From the sequence record ON529857.1: a DNA stretch of 64,000 nt; one strand, given 5' to 3'. Below, in pieces: positions 8,701-18,300 of this stretch (positions are counted from its first letter, which is position 1; the number at the start of each line of letters is the position of its first letter). The notes below the pieces were generated by a model that was given only the letters and a program-made list of their open reading frames with translations, was not told the DNA's origin and made no database searches. A program made the translations under genes and the position numbers.

Positions 8701-11400
8701 CACCACCACAGTGGTGGTTCCCGGATAAGCGGCGGTATCGTCGACCACCACGCGCCAATAGGCGTGGCGCCCATAGTCGATCGGGGAGGTCAATGAAACC
8801 CAGCGACCAGCTCGCCGTCCCAAGAGGTCGCCCTCTTGCTGCCCGGCCGTATCGACATCGGTCAGGTCGTTCAGCGCCATTTCCGGAATGACAGAAGTGG
8901 CGGGGTCCTTCGGCTGCCAGATTCCATCCTTGAACGTCAGAACCTGATCTTCTTCAGGCGGCGCCGTGAATTGAACGTCGGTCAGTTCTTCCAGCGACGT
9001 CGCCGGGATCGGCAGCTCGACATATTCCAGGCGAACGCCGTCTTCATCGACGCGAACGAACTTTCCGGGATGCGCCGACATGGCGCCCGGTGAATCCGAC
9101 AGCATGGCGAACGCCAACTTGGCGCGGGCCGGTTCCGTGTCGACCGTTTCACCCGCGTTCCAACCGAAGGCGCGCGTCTCGCTCCAGGCGGTGATCCAGG
9201 TCAGACCGCCGTCGTCGGAGAATTGCATCGCCCAGGTGATCGGCAGCTGGCGAACCGCGCCGAAGGTCAGGGAGACGGCGTTGACCTCTTGCGGCTCAGC
9301 GAAGGTGTATCGCAGCCAGGTTTGGTCCGCACCATCGGCGCCGCTGCGCCAGAAAGTTGCGGGGTCGCCGTCGAAAGCCAGCGCGGATTCGAACCCGACT
9401 CCGGCGTCCGCGTTGGCGGAAGGCGTGCCGCCGACAGCCAGCTGCGGCAAACCAGAACCAGCACGCAGAACGAACTCAGCGATTTCCAGCGGGGGCGTAT
9501 CCGCCGTGCGGAAGAACAACCGCCAGTCGCGGTGTTCGCCGAACCTCAAACCGTCTCCCGACGGAACCTGAACGGGCGCGTGAATCCACTTCCCATCCCA
9601 ATAGGTCAGGACTTCTCCGTTCGTCAGCGCGCCTTCGGACAGGTCAACGTCCGTCAGATCATCCAACGCCTGAGGGATGGGCGTCGCGTTCGCCGGCTTG
9701 GCGACCCAGAAGCCGCTCTCGAACGTGAGGACGTCGCCTTCTTCCGGCGCCTTGATCGTGAAATTGACATCCGTCAGCTCGCTCAACGCCGTGACGCCGA
9801 TGACGCCGCCCGTCGGCGTTTCAGGACGCCACCAACCGTCACGGAACGTCAGAACCTGACCAGCGGCGGGGTCCGGTGCATCCACGTCCGTGATCTGATC
9901 CAGGCTATAGGGGCCGCCGCCTCCGCCGCCACCCGTAGGCGGCGGCACGAAGACCAGCCCCGTGCCCTGGGCGTTGACCGCCACGAACTTGTTCTGGGAG
10001 CCGCTGTAGTTGACCGGCGTGTCGCTCAAGCCGATGAACGCCATGTCCATGGCGTTAATCGCGAAGTCCAGGCCGGTCTCGCTGTCGTTGACGCGAACGA
10101 ACTTTCCGCCCTGACCCGCAAAGCTGGGAACGCCCGACAGCTCGGACAGAGCCGGCTTGACGTATTCCAGGCCCGTGTTGGTCGCATTGACGCGCACATA
10201 AAGGCCGCGCTGAGCCGCCGCCATAGGACCGGGACCGTCCGACAGTTCTTCGACCTTCAGCGTACCGAAAACAACGCCGCTTTGCGTCGCGTTGACTTTC
10301 AGAATCTTGTGGGCAGCATCCGTGTAGTTGTTCGGAGTGTCCGACAGCTCCGTCAGCTTCAACTCGGAGAAGATCAGCTGATCTTCATCCTGGCCGACCC
10401 GGACCAGCTTGCCCTTGTGACCCGTGAAGTTGGACGGCGTGTCGTGCAGCTCGGTGAAGTTGACCGGACCGCCGGTGCCGGTGACGTATTCCCAGCCAGT
10501 GCCGGCCGCATTAACGCGAACGTAAAGCAGCGCTTCGTTGATCGTGGGCGCGCCGGGACCATCCATCAGGTCCGCCACAGCCGGATTGCCGAACTCTACA
10601 GCGTCCGCAGCGGCGTTCACCCGCAAAAACTTACGCGCGTGCGTGTTGTAGGAGCTCGGGAAGTCCGAATTCTCACGCAGGTAAGGCCGCGCGAACGTCA
10701 GGGCCGTTCCGGACGCATTGACCACGACGTGACGATTGGCAGCCGAGGCGTAAGAGTTCGGCGTATCGTCCAGGTCGACGAAGGAATTGATGTTGGCGGC
10801 CGAAGTGATGAACTCCAACCGGTTGCCGGCGGCGTTCACCGCGACGAGCTTTCCAGCGCTGCCGCCCAGCGACGAGGGCGTGTCGCTCAGTTGCGTAAAG
10901 GCGGCCGTCCAGGTCCAGGGCTTCCACTGCGCCGTTGAAGCGTCATATCGCAGCAACTGCCCATCGGTCGGAAGCCCGTCGACGTCAGACAGATCGCGAA
11001 GCAGTCCCATACCGGAAATCGGGTCTGGAACCACGAAACGAATGTTGGACCCATCAGCGACCACCAAGCCGATCCGATTGGCGGGAAGCTCCACCGTCAA
11101 GCCCGAGGCGCCGGCGACCTTGAACACAATCGGAGCCGTCCCCCGATTCTCGACAGCGAACCAACGCGGCGTCGCCGGAATCGTGACCTGGCGCGCAACC
11201 GTATGGCCGGTGAACTGATGCAGGAAGTATTTGGTGAACTGATCCGTGTTCAGCGTCACGTCGCCGGCCGCCAGAGACAGCACCAGCGTATCGTTCGCCG
11301 ACGCCTCCAGGATCGCGATCGCAGTATTGATCGTGGCTTCCTTCTGCTCCTGGTTGGACCCGACCTGGGGCAGGTGAAGGATGGAGGTGTAATCAGTCAT
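2704..11400 (-). CDS. Long modular tail fibre / receptor-binding protein (2898 aa)
   Basis: DUF2793-like N-terminus (ILHLPQVGSNQEQKEATINTAIAIL), many L-x-D-L-x-D-V spacer repeats, three discoidin/F5-8-like modules (HxxWR...WSDDG), one Gly-rich domain and a fibre-type C-terminus (VPFPIG...LFGDL). Confidence 0.9.
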   Translation of the reverse strand: MTDYTSILHLPQVGSNQEQKEATINTAIAILEASANDTLVLSLAAGDVTLNTDQFTKYFLHQFTGHTVARQVTIPATPRWFAVENRGTAPIVFKVAGASGLTVELPANRIGLVVADGSNIRFVVPDPISGMGLLRDLSDVDGLPTDGQLLRYDASTAQWKPWTWTAAFTQLSDTPSSLGGSAGKLVAVNAAGNRLEFITSAANINSFVDLDDTPNSYASAANRHVVVNASGTALTFARPYLRENSDFPSSYNTHARKFLRVNAAADAVEFGNPAVADLMDGPGAPTINEALLYVRVNAAGTGWEYVTGTGGPVNFTELHDTPSNFTGHKGKLVRVGQDEDQLIFSELKLTELSDTPNNYTDAAHKILKVNATQSGVVFGTLKVEELSDGPGPMAAAQRGLYVRVNATNTGLEYVKPALSELSGVPSFAGQGGKFVRVNDSETGLDFAINAMDMAFIGLSDTPVNYSGSQNKFVAVNAQGTGLVFVPPPTGGGGGGGPYSLDQITDVDAPDPAAGQVLTFRDGWWRPETPTGGVIGVTALSELTDVNFTIKAPEEGDVLTFESGFWVAKPANATPIPQALDDLTDVDLSEGALTNGEVLTYWDGKWIHAPVQVPSGDGLRFGEHRDWRLFFRTADTPPLEIAEFVLRAGSGLPQLAVGGTPSANADAGVGFESALAFDGDPATFWRSGADGADQTWLRYTFAEPQEVNAVSLTFGAVRQLPITWAMQFSDDGGLTWITAWSETRAFGWNAGETVDTEPARAKLAFAMLSDSPGAMSAHPGKFVRVDEDGVRLEYVELPIPATSLEELTDVQFTAPPEEDQVLTFKDGIWQPKDPATSVIPEMALNDLTDVDTAGQQEGDLLGRRAGRWVSLTSPIDYGRHAYWRVVVDDTAAYPGTTTVVVAEVVMRDVPGGPQRATGGTAIGTGGNINGAFDGTVGDAWTAYLPDAWIGYHFAAPVSLQEVALTASSVAGWAPNYSPEAFRVQYSDDGVAWYTAWSVTGQTAWAASQTRVYTRPGLTTRFLDDVDTPDTYVGQAGKLVHVKTDESGLEFVDKPVVPEDLGDLGDVDVVTTPPGADSVLIYYPQIDLPGVWRPGLLHLDMLSDVHVPYDPVNGQVLTWVDTGVEGSGRWEARTPENGGGPGTEYPISITDDRWIESGEGAPTWPMPSGSLYMRHDPGDLMVSRATPRLAPRVVQEYGRIVENAGAVSWGYAENPIAGNWLILIYASGSNGAVTLAPGWTTVNQGVGADLSVTVAYRKVQAAEDWPLDITTQSGPEDAYAIYEVSGLGENWADFYQAAQAVGSTAGSFAPTPYTTPATTPFTFAVGAMFQLGGAAPVATDGEFFNEPVTDSTGTLSIAAATNYGTEPTQDLTMNGTVAAGSSHWAYGVLYVDAVRSYGDDLEPSWARFLVEGEGGAKSLDELTDVDLTVPPQNGQALVYRDGSWKAEAVEGAGLDPDRQQIALLIVNPGAEDGMTGWTNTAGAFTSETSAGSLGAPFEGTRIFRATQNTSPCEMAQTIAIDAALWDYIDIGRGSVDVAFRYGRVNTDGSTALVTLEALNETGTLITSSASPAYTTTTTWQLGSVHHALPPLTRSVRLVVRSTRTGTMNYGAFDAFSGLIKIASAHPALSDLPDVGPWTTAPVAGQVLTYLGGVWMNETPSAGNLDALTDVTLTTPAAGQILVYRAGQWINESPQGTGVPSNGSHAHWRLLIDQTDGDASQVGIQDIWFRQTKTGPQLATGGTATASSSQSSSQGPEGAFDGVTGGAWFSAAGNPVGQWIAYAFPAPVEVRYLDLKGSQDYPTRSPRAFKVQWSDDGSTWTTAWTVTGQTGWAPNQTRQFHAPMDLFFTDLADAPPSYIGQAGKPVRVKSDESGMEFGHDSLGDLTDVSFPTAPSDGEVLTRVGGQWRSAPPTTGAENTSNWTAPWRGALVERTTDLTSVTFPTTVPWQAETSDTDGFFTTSAPTRLTIPSGITKVRVTAFVAFTSVAGAGSNYADIYRNGVALKVTRTTARNSSLNGYINNEMTVSTPVISVVPGDYFEIRANSNIAGVNSILARSWAELEVIESDYAINPPEALDDLSDVTLGTPVQDYVLTYDNGVWRAKELPASSGGTVYMADIGDVEMPVGGPGENDVLRYQAGKWRPLPAGSADGLFLDNAMIGSGQGGPTTPRPSGSLYIDEVTGQISQSLKDVPTVAPAPTVVQHILSDAYNSATSAQPITATLPAAPTAGNWLVALLCDQTLATAGSGWTLLPGSPVSGSTRVRPSVAYKQAVSAEPAAQTPFVSGGGQIGAGAMVIYEIAGMSTWSESFQGVVWEDDTSYSSAASGMARAPLTARALHDGLGLGLYVTRPNSSTLTPDAPWTTLSSGVAPTGGGNRVYVATSAAAAAGTSIAPKATFTGASEAGYVTILLDNGPATFEEGWRPYTGNIALDDLTDVTSTAPGNGQVLTYRDGAWSPEAAEGEFSGTGEPTATAPLGKVYQQRDSAGNAWVSTLVPAGSTAPTYYTATGTRQSFVVGPQVSSLTFKLWGGGGGTGRYSTGGNPAAGGFTQVTFAVNEGDLIELDVPSGGQGGYRSNYGGAGGWPDGGFGGLGDTAGGGGGGSARVWRNGVLMAVAGGGGGGSGYTATNAGAGGGDTGQSSSTSNGGTGGTQTAGGYDGNDSASAPKRGGYLQGGQGTAAVDRFTSSTDDGGGGGGGYYGGGGGGGDGQPGGGGSGYLNLAAGATGVTEAGDRLVPPHTADEHYQVNVGVGYPTENVTGPAPNGGDGLIVVLAPPYVQGWRRLATSDDVDALALMDLLKVTLQGDGDPDYLLTAQDRRAYRKITSSADKTVTIPPNSDVPFPIGASFSLQRGGIGRVTILAGSGVALEYPDDMQPRLRRQNSVASLVQIATNVWSLFGDLEPV

Positions 11401-11430
11401 GCAGGGGCGCCAAAATCAGGGGCGTGAAGA

Positions 11431-11799
11431 TCAAGCGGTCAGGAAAAAGACGTCGGCGCCGTCACTGAGCACCAACCGGCGGTCTCCCGCCGCCAGGACG
11501 ACGGTCGCGCCCGTCGGGGAGCTACGCAGCGTCAGATTCGCCGAGCCCTCATTCGAAGCGGCGAAAAATCGTGCGGTCGTCGGCAAGGTGATCACAGCGG
11601 CGGCGGGCTGACCGCTGAACCGCAGATGAAACGCTCGCGTGAACTGCGCCTTCGTCAGCGTTCTGTCGCCGGTCAGCGCAATCGCGAAGGACGTGTTCGT
11701 CGCCTGTTCCAGAATCGAGATCGCCGTGTTGATCGTCGTTTCTTTCTGGTTCTGATTGGGGCTGACCTGGGGGATGTCCAGGATCGGGGTATTCGCCAT
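11431..11799 (-). CDS. Tail-fibre anchor protein, paralog of the fibre N-terminus (DUF2793-like)
   Basis: ILDIPQVSPNQNQKETTINTAISILE aligns with the first ~120 aa of the 2898-aa fibre. Confidence 0.8.
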   Translation of the reverse strand: MANTPILDIPQVSPNQNQKETTINTAISILEQATNTSFAIALTGDRTLTKAQFTRAFHLRFSGQPAAAVITLPTTARFFAASNEGSANLTLRSSPTGATVVLAAGDRRLVLSDGADVFFLTA

Positions 11800-11866
11800 C
11801 GTTTAACCATGGCGCAGCCAGCCGTCCGCATGGGACGGCCTTTAGCGCGTCGTTCAAAGGGGAGTT

Positions 11867-14800
11867 TTAGAAGTCCTGCCAGGACTCGATCGAGCGCACG
11901 GCCGGGAAGCCGCGACCAACCGCCGTGGAATGTTGATAAATCAGAACATGGAGGGTGTCAAGATTTACATCGAAAGGCGCCGTGAATTCCGTCGTTTCCA
12001 ACGTGATCTCGGATTGTGCGGTTTCGAGCCGGAAAAGGACATTGCTGTCAATCGGCGCGTCATCGCTGCGAGACAGATCGCCCAGGAATGGCGTCTTGAG
12101 AATGTAGACCTCATACCATTCACGCCCTTCGTTCAGCGGCACAGAACCTGTGCCGTCCTGCATGTTCCCACCCATCCGCGTTCGCCGCTTCCAAGACAGG
12201 TTGATGGCGGAGCCGGCGACGCTGCGTCGAATGTCCTTCGGCGCGTAGGGCATGAGGTCGCGTGGCTCGTAGAAGATTTGGGTCGCGGGCGAAAGATCAG
12301 GGCTGATTCCGTCCGCCACGGAACGGAACCAACGCGAACGACCGCGTTGATCCAGCGCCTCTGCGTCCCCCTCAAAGGTCGAGGACGACAGATAGACGAA
12401 CATCTCTCCGGTCCGGTGAGCCGTGCAAGCGTATTCGGTCCCGCGCCGGCCGCGAAGCAGATTCCAGATCGTCCACGATCCATCCAGGTTTTGCACGCAA
12501 TCGCGGAATTGGATCAGCTCGTCGCCGACCGCACACAGGTTCTGGCCCGCCCAGAGTTCGTCATCGGTGATCGATTCCAGCTCGAACCAGTCAATCACCG
12601 GCCACACGGTGATTCGAGTTTCCCAGTCAAGGCCGAAGGCGCCATGACGCGGAGGCGGCGTCACGCCGGCCACGGTCGCCCATTCGACGGATTGATCCGT
12701 GACGTAGAGCATCTCGTAGAAGGCGTTGTCGGTGGAGCGATACATCGACGCGCCGTCAAACGGCACCAGGCCGCCATGGGCGACGCCGGTGTAGTAGAGC
12801 GAATAGGCTCCGCCCGTATCGTCCTGGTCCCGCAGCAGCGGCGTGTTCAGCACGACGGCCTTGGCGGCGCGCGGCGGGATATAGGGCAACTGCGGCGGTC
12901 CGCCCGTTCCCCCGTCCGCTTTTGCATCGCTTTCATAGGCGATCGAATCCTGGGTGATGCTCTCCAGGCGCAACGCCCAGTTCGCCCCGAACTCCATTTC
13001 CTGCAAGCGCTCGCGATAGCGTCGGCCGTCATCGAACTGGACATCGACAATGTCCGCCGGGTCCAGATCGATGTAGGCCCACGGAACGGCCGTCTCGTGT
13101 TCGGTCCGCTCCGCCCACTGAGACCACAGGATTTTATTGACCTGATCCTTGGCTTCCTTCGGCGTCATCACCACGCCGATCTCCATGGAGACCTGTTGGA
13201 AAGAGAACATGGTCGGAGACGGCGACGTGATCCGCTTGGTCAAGGCGGTCGAGGTTTCGAAGTCCCGCTCCCAGTTCATGTAGGAAAGCGCCACGCGGCG
13301 CGGCAGGTCGGCGTCCTGGATGCGGCTTTCCTTCCAGAAGTCCGTGCCCCCGCCGTCGCCGGTGGAGCCCAGCAGCCGACTGGTGATCCGCCGCACCGGT
13401 TGCCCGGTCCGGTCCTCGTTGGACCCCGTAGCCCGCATCACGCCCACCAGCCGCCCGTCACGCTCGATCAGGTCAAACATGAAGAGCATCCGCAGCTGCG
13501 CCAGGATACCGCGCAGGTCGGAGAAGTTGGCCCAACCATAGCCGCGAATGGGCTGGACCTTGAGCGCGGTCACATCATAGTCCTGCGGCCCAAGCCCCGC
13601 CCGCGACAGAAGCAAGGACACCAGGCCCGCCAAAGTGGTGGATTCGTCCTTGACCATGATGGCGCGGCGCACAACGCGAAACCCACCGCCGGTGCCCGTG
13701 CCGTAAAGGATGATCTGCTCATTGGCGGGGTCGATGTGCTGTTGCGTCGAAGCGGTGAACCCGGTCACCGGCTTGTTGTCCTGATCGTAAAGCACTTCGC
13801 CCGTATAGGGCGCGTTGGCGACAGCGGAATCGATCACCGACTGAGGCACGCTGTCCGTATCCAGCAGGCCCATGAAGGGATCGAACGTGTCGCGCAGGTA
13901 TTCTCCGGTCGCCGCGTTCATCCGCCAGAGGCGGTTGTTGGCGACCCACCAGAATTCTCCGCGCGTCAGCACCGTCGAGTTCACATAGGCGACCGCCGGC
14001 GTGAAACCCGACCGGCGCCAGGCCCACCGCGACTCCGCCGGGCGATACTTACCCATATGACGGGTGCTGTTGTCGCGCCAGACCAACAATAGACCCTGAT
14101 CAGTTGGATCATAGTGGCATTGCTCGACTTCAAATCCGGCACGGTTTTCCGTGTTGGGAATAGTCATGATCGTCGAGGGCGACCAGACCGAGCCCGCGCC
14201 TTCAACCCGGCGCAGCTGCAAGGCCGAGACAACGCCGCCGGACATATCCCCGCCCTCGAACACGTAGAAGGTCGGCTTCTCCAGTCCGGACACGCCGATA
14301 TAGGCGGAACTGCCGTAGTATCCGTTGGGGCGCGATCCCGCTGAGGCCAACCCGCCCATGCCGAACGCCGTGGTCTGGAACGCGTGGTGTGTACCGAACA
14401 GAGAAGTGTAGAAGCACCATTCCGTCCCGGAGCGATCGACACAGAACGCGCCTTCGCGGGCCATGGAAGGATATTCGCCGTCGGGGTCGGCTACCCGGCC
14501 GAAGCTCCCCACAACGCTCCAATTCACCGGCTCGTACAGGTAAAAGCTGCTGGAGCCCGTATAGAGCCCGTGGGATTGAACCACGATGTTGCCGGTCGTA
14601 GGCGAGATGCCCAGAACCGCCTGGAATTCCTTCTTGGTGTGGCCGCTGCGATTTTCCTCCTTACCGCTGGACGGGCGCAGCACCGCCATGCCGCTGTAGG
14701 TCAATCCTGCGACGACCATATCCAGGTCCCCGTTATAGACGACCTCATCCGTCTGATAGCTGGTCGCCTGTCGGAAATCCATCCGCGTCACGCGACCAAT

Positions 14801-15358
14801 AGAGGACCCTTCCCCGTCTCCGACCGCATAGAGTTCGACGCTGATCTGCGGGATCGAGTTGCCGAAGTCTTCCAACGGCATGTCTTCGAACAACAGATAA
14901 GACAAACCACGATAAGCAGGCGTGTTGCCTTCCCCCACGATTTTCTCAATCGTCGGATCGGGCTGTTGGTCTTCGTCGCCCTTGTAAATCTTGATGTTGA
15001 ACTTTTTCTTGATCGCCAAGGTTCCAGTTCCCGTGGCGTCATAGATCAGCTTGTGGTTGGCCCAGATTTTCCGCACATTGGCGATAGGGCCTCGGCACAT
15101 CGCCATAGCGAATGTGCCCGTGTAAAGATAATACTTATAGCGCTTCAGACCGACGCGCTTTTTCTTCTTATGCTCCCTGATCTTGTCGGTCCAGATCATG
15201 TTCGCAGCGACACGAACCACGCCATAGGCGTTAGGGATCGCCGCCCCATACGTCGAGGCGGCAACCTTCAAATCCTTCAGGCGAGGGCCTTCGGCCGGGA
15301 AAAGGAACCCGATGCCGATCTGCGCCACCGTCATGATGGCGAACGAAAACGGGTCCAT
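11867..15358 (-). CDS. Tail-tip/central-fibre protein (GTA-like host-specificity J/Tal family), copy 1
   Basis: GPRLKDLKVAASTYGAAIP, PAYRGLSYLLFEDMPLEDFGNSIPQ and LLRGRRGTE motifs typical of GTA-type tail proteins. Confidence 0.9.
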   Translation of the reverse strand: MDPFSFAIMTVAQIGIGFLFPAEGPRLKDLKVAASTYGAAIPNAYGVVRVAANMIWTDKIREHKKKKRVGLKRYKYYLYTGTFAMAMCRGPIANVRKIWANHKLIYDATGTGTLAIKKKFNIKIYKGDEDQQPDPTIEKIVGEGNTPAYRGLSYLLFEDMPLEDFGNSIPQISVELYAVGDGEGSSIGRVTRMDFRQATSYQTDEVVYNGDLDMVVAGLTYSGMAVLRPSSGKEENRSGHTKKEFQAVLGISPTTGNIVVQSHGLYTGSSSFYLYEPVNWSVVGSFGRVADPDGEYPSMAREGAFCVDRSGTEWCFYTSLFGTHHAFQTTAFGMGGLASAGSRPNGYYGSSAYIGVSGLEKPTFYVFEGGDMSGGVVSALQLRRVEGAGSVWSPSTIMTIPNTENRAGFEVEQCHYDPTDQGLLLVWRDNSTRHMGKYRPAESRWAWRRSGFTPAVAYVNSTVLTRGEFWWVANNRLWRMNAATGEYLRDTFDPFMGLLDTDSVPQSVIDSAVANAPYTGEVLYDQDNKPVTGFTASTQQHIDPANEQIILYGTGTGGGFRVVRRAIMVKDESTTLAGLVSLLLSRAGLGPQDYDVTALKVQPIRGYGWANFSDLRGILAQLRMLFMFDLIERDGRLVGVMRATGSNEDRTGQPVRRITSRLLGSTGDGGGTDFWKESRIQDADLPRRVALSYMNWERDFETSTALTKRITSPSPTMFSFQQVSMEIGVVMTPKEAKDQVNKILWSQWAERTEHETAVPWAYIDLDPADIVDVQFDDGRRYRERLQEMEFGANWALRLESITQDSIAYESDAKADGGTGGPPQLPYIPPRAAKAVVLNTPLLRDQDDTGGAYSLYYTGVAHGGLVPFDGASMYRSTDNAFYEMLYVTDQSVEWATVAGVTPPPRHGAFGLDWETRITVWPVIDWFELESITDDELWAGQNLCAVGDELIQFRDCVQNLDGSWTIWNLLRGRRGTEYACTAHRTGEMFVYLSSSTFEGDAEALDQRGRSRWFRSVADGISPDLSPATQIFYEPRDLMPYAPKDIRRSVAGSAINLSWKRRTRMGGNMQDGTGSVPLNEGREWYEVYILKTPFLGDLSRSDDAPIDSNVLFRLETAQSEITLETTEFTAPFDVNLDTLHVLIYQHSTAVGRGFPAVRSIESWQDF

Positions 15359-18300
15359 TAGAACACCTCGTCCGGTTCGATGGAGCGCGGCGCCGGGAAC
15401 CCCCGTCCAACGGCGTCCGACAGCTGATAGATCACCAGATGAAGCGGCTGGGTCGCCAGGTCGACCCCGTCAGCGGCCTGGTCCGCAGCCGTGTAGAGGA
15501 ACTCCGGCGCGGTCAGCTCGAACTTGCGGAGATAGATGTCTGGACCACGACCACGCGAAAGGTCGCCGGAGAAGGGTGCGTCCAGCACATAAGCTTCGTA
15601 GCGTTCGGCGCGCTCGCCCAAGGGCACGACGGCGGTGCCGTCCTGCATGTTCCCTCCGAAACGCACGCAACGCTGCCACGTCACCTTAGCGTCTTCGGCC
15701 ACCTTTTCACGCCGGATGTCCGACGGTGCGTAAGGCATCAGATCACGCGGCTCGTAGGCGATCGTCAGCACAGGCTGGGTCGCCAGAGACGTGCCAGTTG
15801 CGGCCGCCTTGAAGAAACGCGCCTGACCCCGAGCGCTGGTCTGATCCACAGCGAACCCGACCGTGGCGGAAGACAGAAAGACGAACCGCTCCCCCGCGCC
15901 ATGCGAGGCGCAGGCGTATTGCGTCCCGCGACGCGCGCGAAGAAGATTCCAGATCGTCCACGTTCCGTCCGGGTTCTGCGCGCAATCCCGGAACTGGATG
16001 ATCTCCTCACCAATCAGCGCCAAATTACCGCCGGCCCACAGCTCGTCATCCGTGATGGATTCGATCTCGAACCAATCCACGGCCGGACGGATCGTGACCT
16101 GAGACGTCCAGTCCAAAGAAAAGGCGCCGAAGGGGGGCGGAGGCAGCACGTCGCCCACAATCGTTCCCCATTCCAGGTCCTCATCCAGTGCGGGGATCAC
16201 CTCATAGTCGAGGTTGTTGGTCGAGCGGAACAGAGCGCCGCCGCCCCAAGCCTGGTCTTCCATCCCGTTCCCCAGGCCGACATAATAGATGCTGACGGCG
16301 CCGCCCTGGTCATCCATGTCGCGCATCAAGGGCGTGTTGAACACGAAAGGCACCGCCAGACCTGGCGGCAGAATGCCCGACGATCCGCCGGAACCCGCTC
16401 CGCCGTCGGCCGGCAAGTCGTCCCAGCCTTCATAGGCTCCGGAATCCTGCGAATAGGACTCGGTCGCCATGACGAAGTCGGCGCCGATTTCCGTGCGATG
16501 GAGACGATCTTCGTAAAGCCGTCCGTCCTTCATGGCGACGTTGACCGTATCGCCGGGATCAAGCGCCAGATACGCCCAAGGCAGGCGCGTGTTGTGGCGC
16601 GTGCGTTCGGTCCACTGCGAATAGAGCATCTTGTGAACCTGCGCCTTGGCTTCCTGCGCCGTCATCACAATGTTGATTTCCATGCTCACCTGCTGCCGCG
16701 AGAACATGGTCGGAACCGGATTGGTGATCCGCGCCGAACGCGCAGTCGACGTTTCGAAATCACGGTCGACGTTCATGTAGGAGAAAGTCACACGCGCCGG
16801 CAGGTCCATCTCCTGCAACCGCGTCTCGCTCCAGTAGTCGGTGGCGTCAGGAGACGACGACCCCAAGGCGTCCTGGGGGATCACCTCCACAGGCATGCCC
16901 AGGCCGTTGGTATCGTCGCCGCGCATCACAGCCACCAGCAACCCGTCCCGTTCAACGAGATCGAACAGGAACACCCGCCGGAGCTCGTCGAACACGCCTT
17001 TGATGTCGGTCGCGGACGCCCAGCCATAACCGCGAATTGGAATCTGGTAGAGCGCGGACAGATCGGTGCGCATCAGCGGCATGCCGCCTTCTTCCAGCAG
17101 CCGCGCCACAATGGTCCCGACGCTGACGCCCGTCGCGATATTGGTCGCCTTGACCACACCATCAATACCATCCAGGCCGATCAGAAGCCCGCGCGCCGCA
17201 TCGATCGCCTGCAAGCCGGCCGCTCCGCCTACATAGGGCTCCTTCAACGGAATGCCGGCGCCGACCGTGCTTTGGATATAGGTCAAGGTGCGCCCTTCCG
17301 ACGCGCCGTTGGTCATGTAGTCGTACTGAGCATAGGCCTCCGGACTATCCGCATAAGCCCAGCCGCCGTTATAATAGTCCGCCAACACCTGAGGATACCG
17401 CTGGAGGTAATCTGCCCAGTCAACCTGACCGACGGTCGTCCCAGGGTCTTCCCCATCCAGAGAAGCTCCGGTTGCTGCGTCCAACAAATAGACCCGGCCG
17501 CCGTGCAGCCACCCTACCTGGGATTCCAGCGTCCGGCTCTCCGGGGCGATTTCGTCCGGGTATCCCGTAATGGCCTTGGTCCAGCCGATATCAGCCGTAT
17601 CTTCGTTCCACTTCACCAGTCGGGACTGCCCCGCCTGACGCACGAACGCCAGGACGCCCGCCATGCCGGCGTCCCACAGAACCGGTCCGATCTGATCACC
17701 GGCGATCTGACCCACGTCCTCCATCCCCGCCTGGGTGAGGCGCGAAACCGTCAGCTGGCCTCCGCCGGGCCGAACCACGTAGAAGATCGGGGGCGCTTCC
17801 AGATCGGTGGGGTCCCGACCGACCGCCCGAGCGCCGGCTCCCAACGCACCGCTCCACAGCAGTTCGAGCGAGACGCCGTCGTAAAGACGCGCTTGGCCGT
17901 CCGCCGCGATCGCCAAGAACTGGGTGGTCGAGCCGCTGGACGCGGCGCTGGCGCCGCGAATGAAGGCGGGCGTATCTTCGACCTTGGCGACGGCTTGCAA
18001 TGAATAGGGGTCCAGCCGAGCCAGATTGCTGGCGCCGCCCGACGGTCCATAGAGGACGTAAACCGCTCCGTTCGGACTACCACACAGCAGCCGCTTCAAG
18101 GGGGCCTCGTCGGTGAACCCCAGGGTCTTGTTCTCGTAAACCACACGCGCGACGCCGTCGCGCAGGCTGACCGACTTGATCGCCGTGTCGTAGCGCAGAT
18201 AGAAAATCGCGCGCGCGAAGTCGAACACCGCCTCGCCGGCGGCGCGATCCCGCGACAGTTCCGTCGTCCCGTCCTGCTCCCGCAGCGGCGTGACCGCAAC

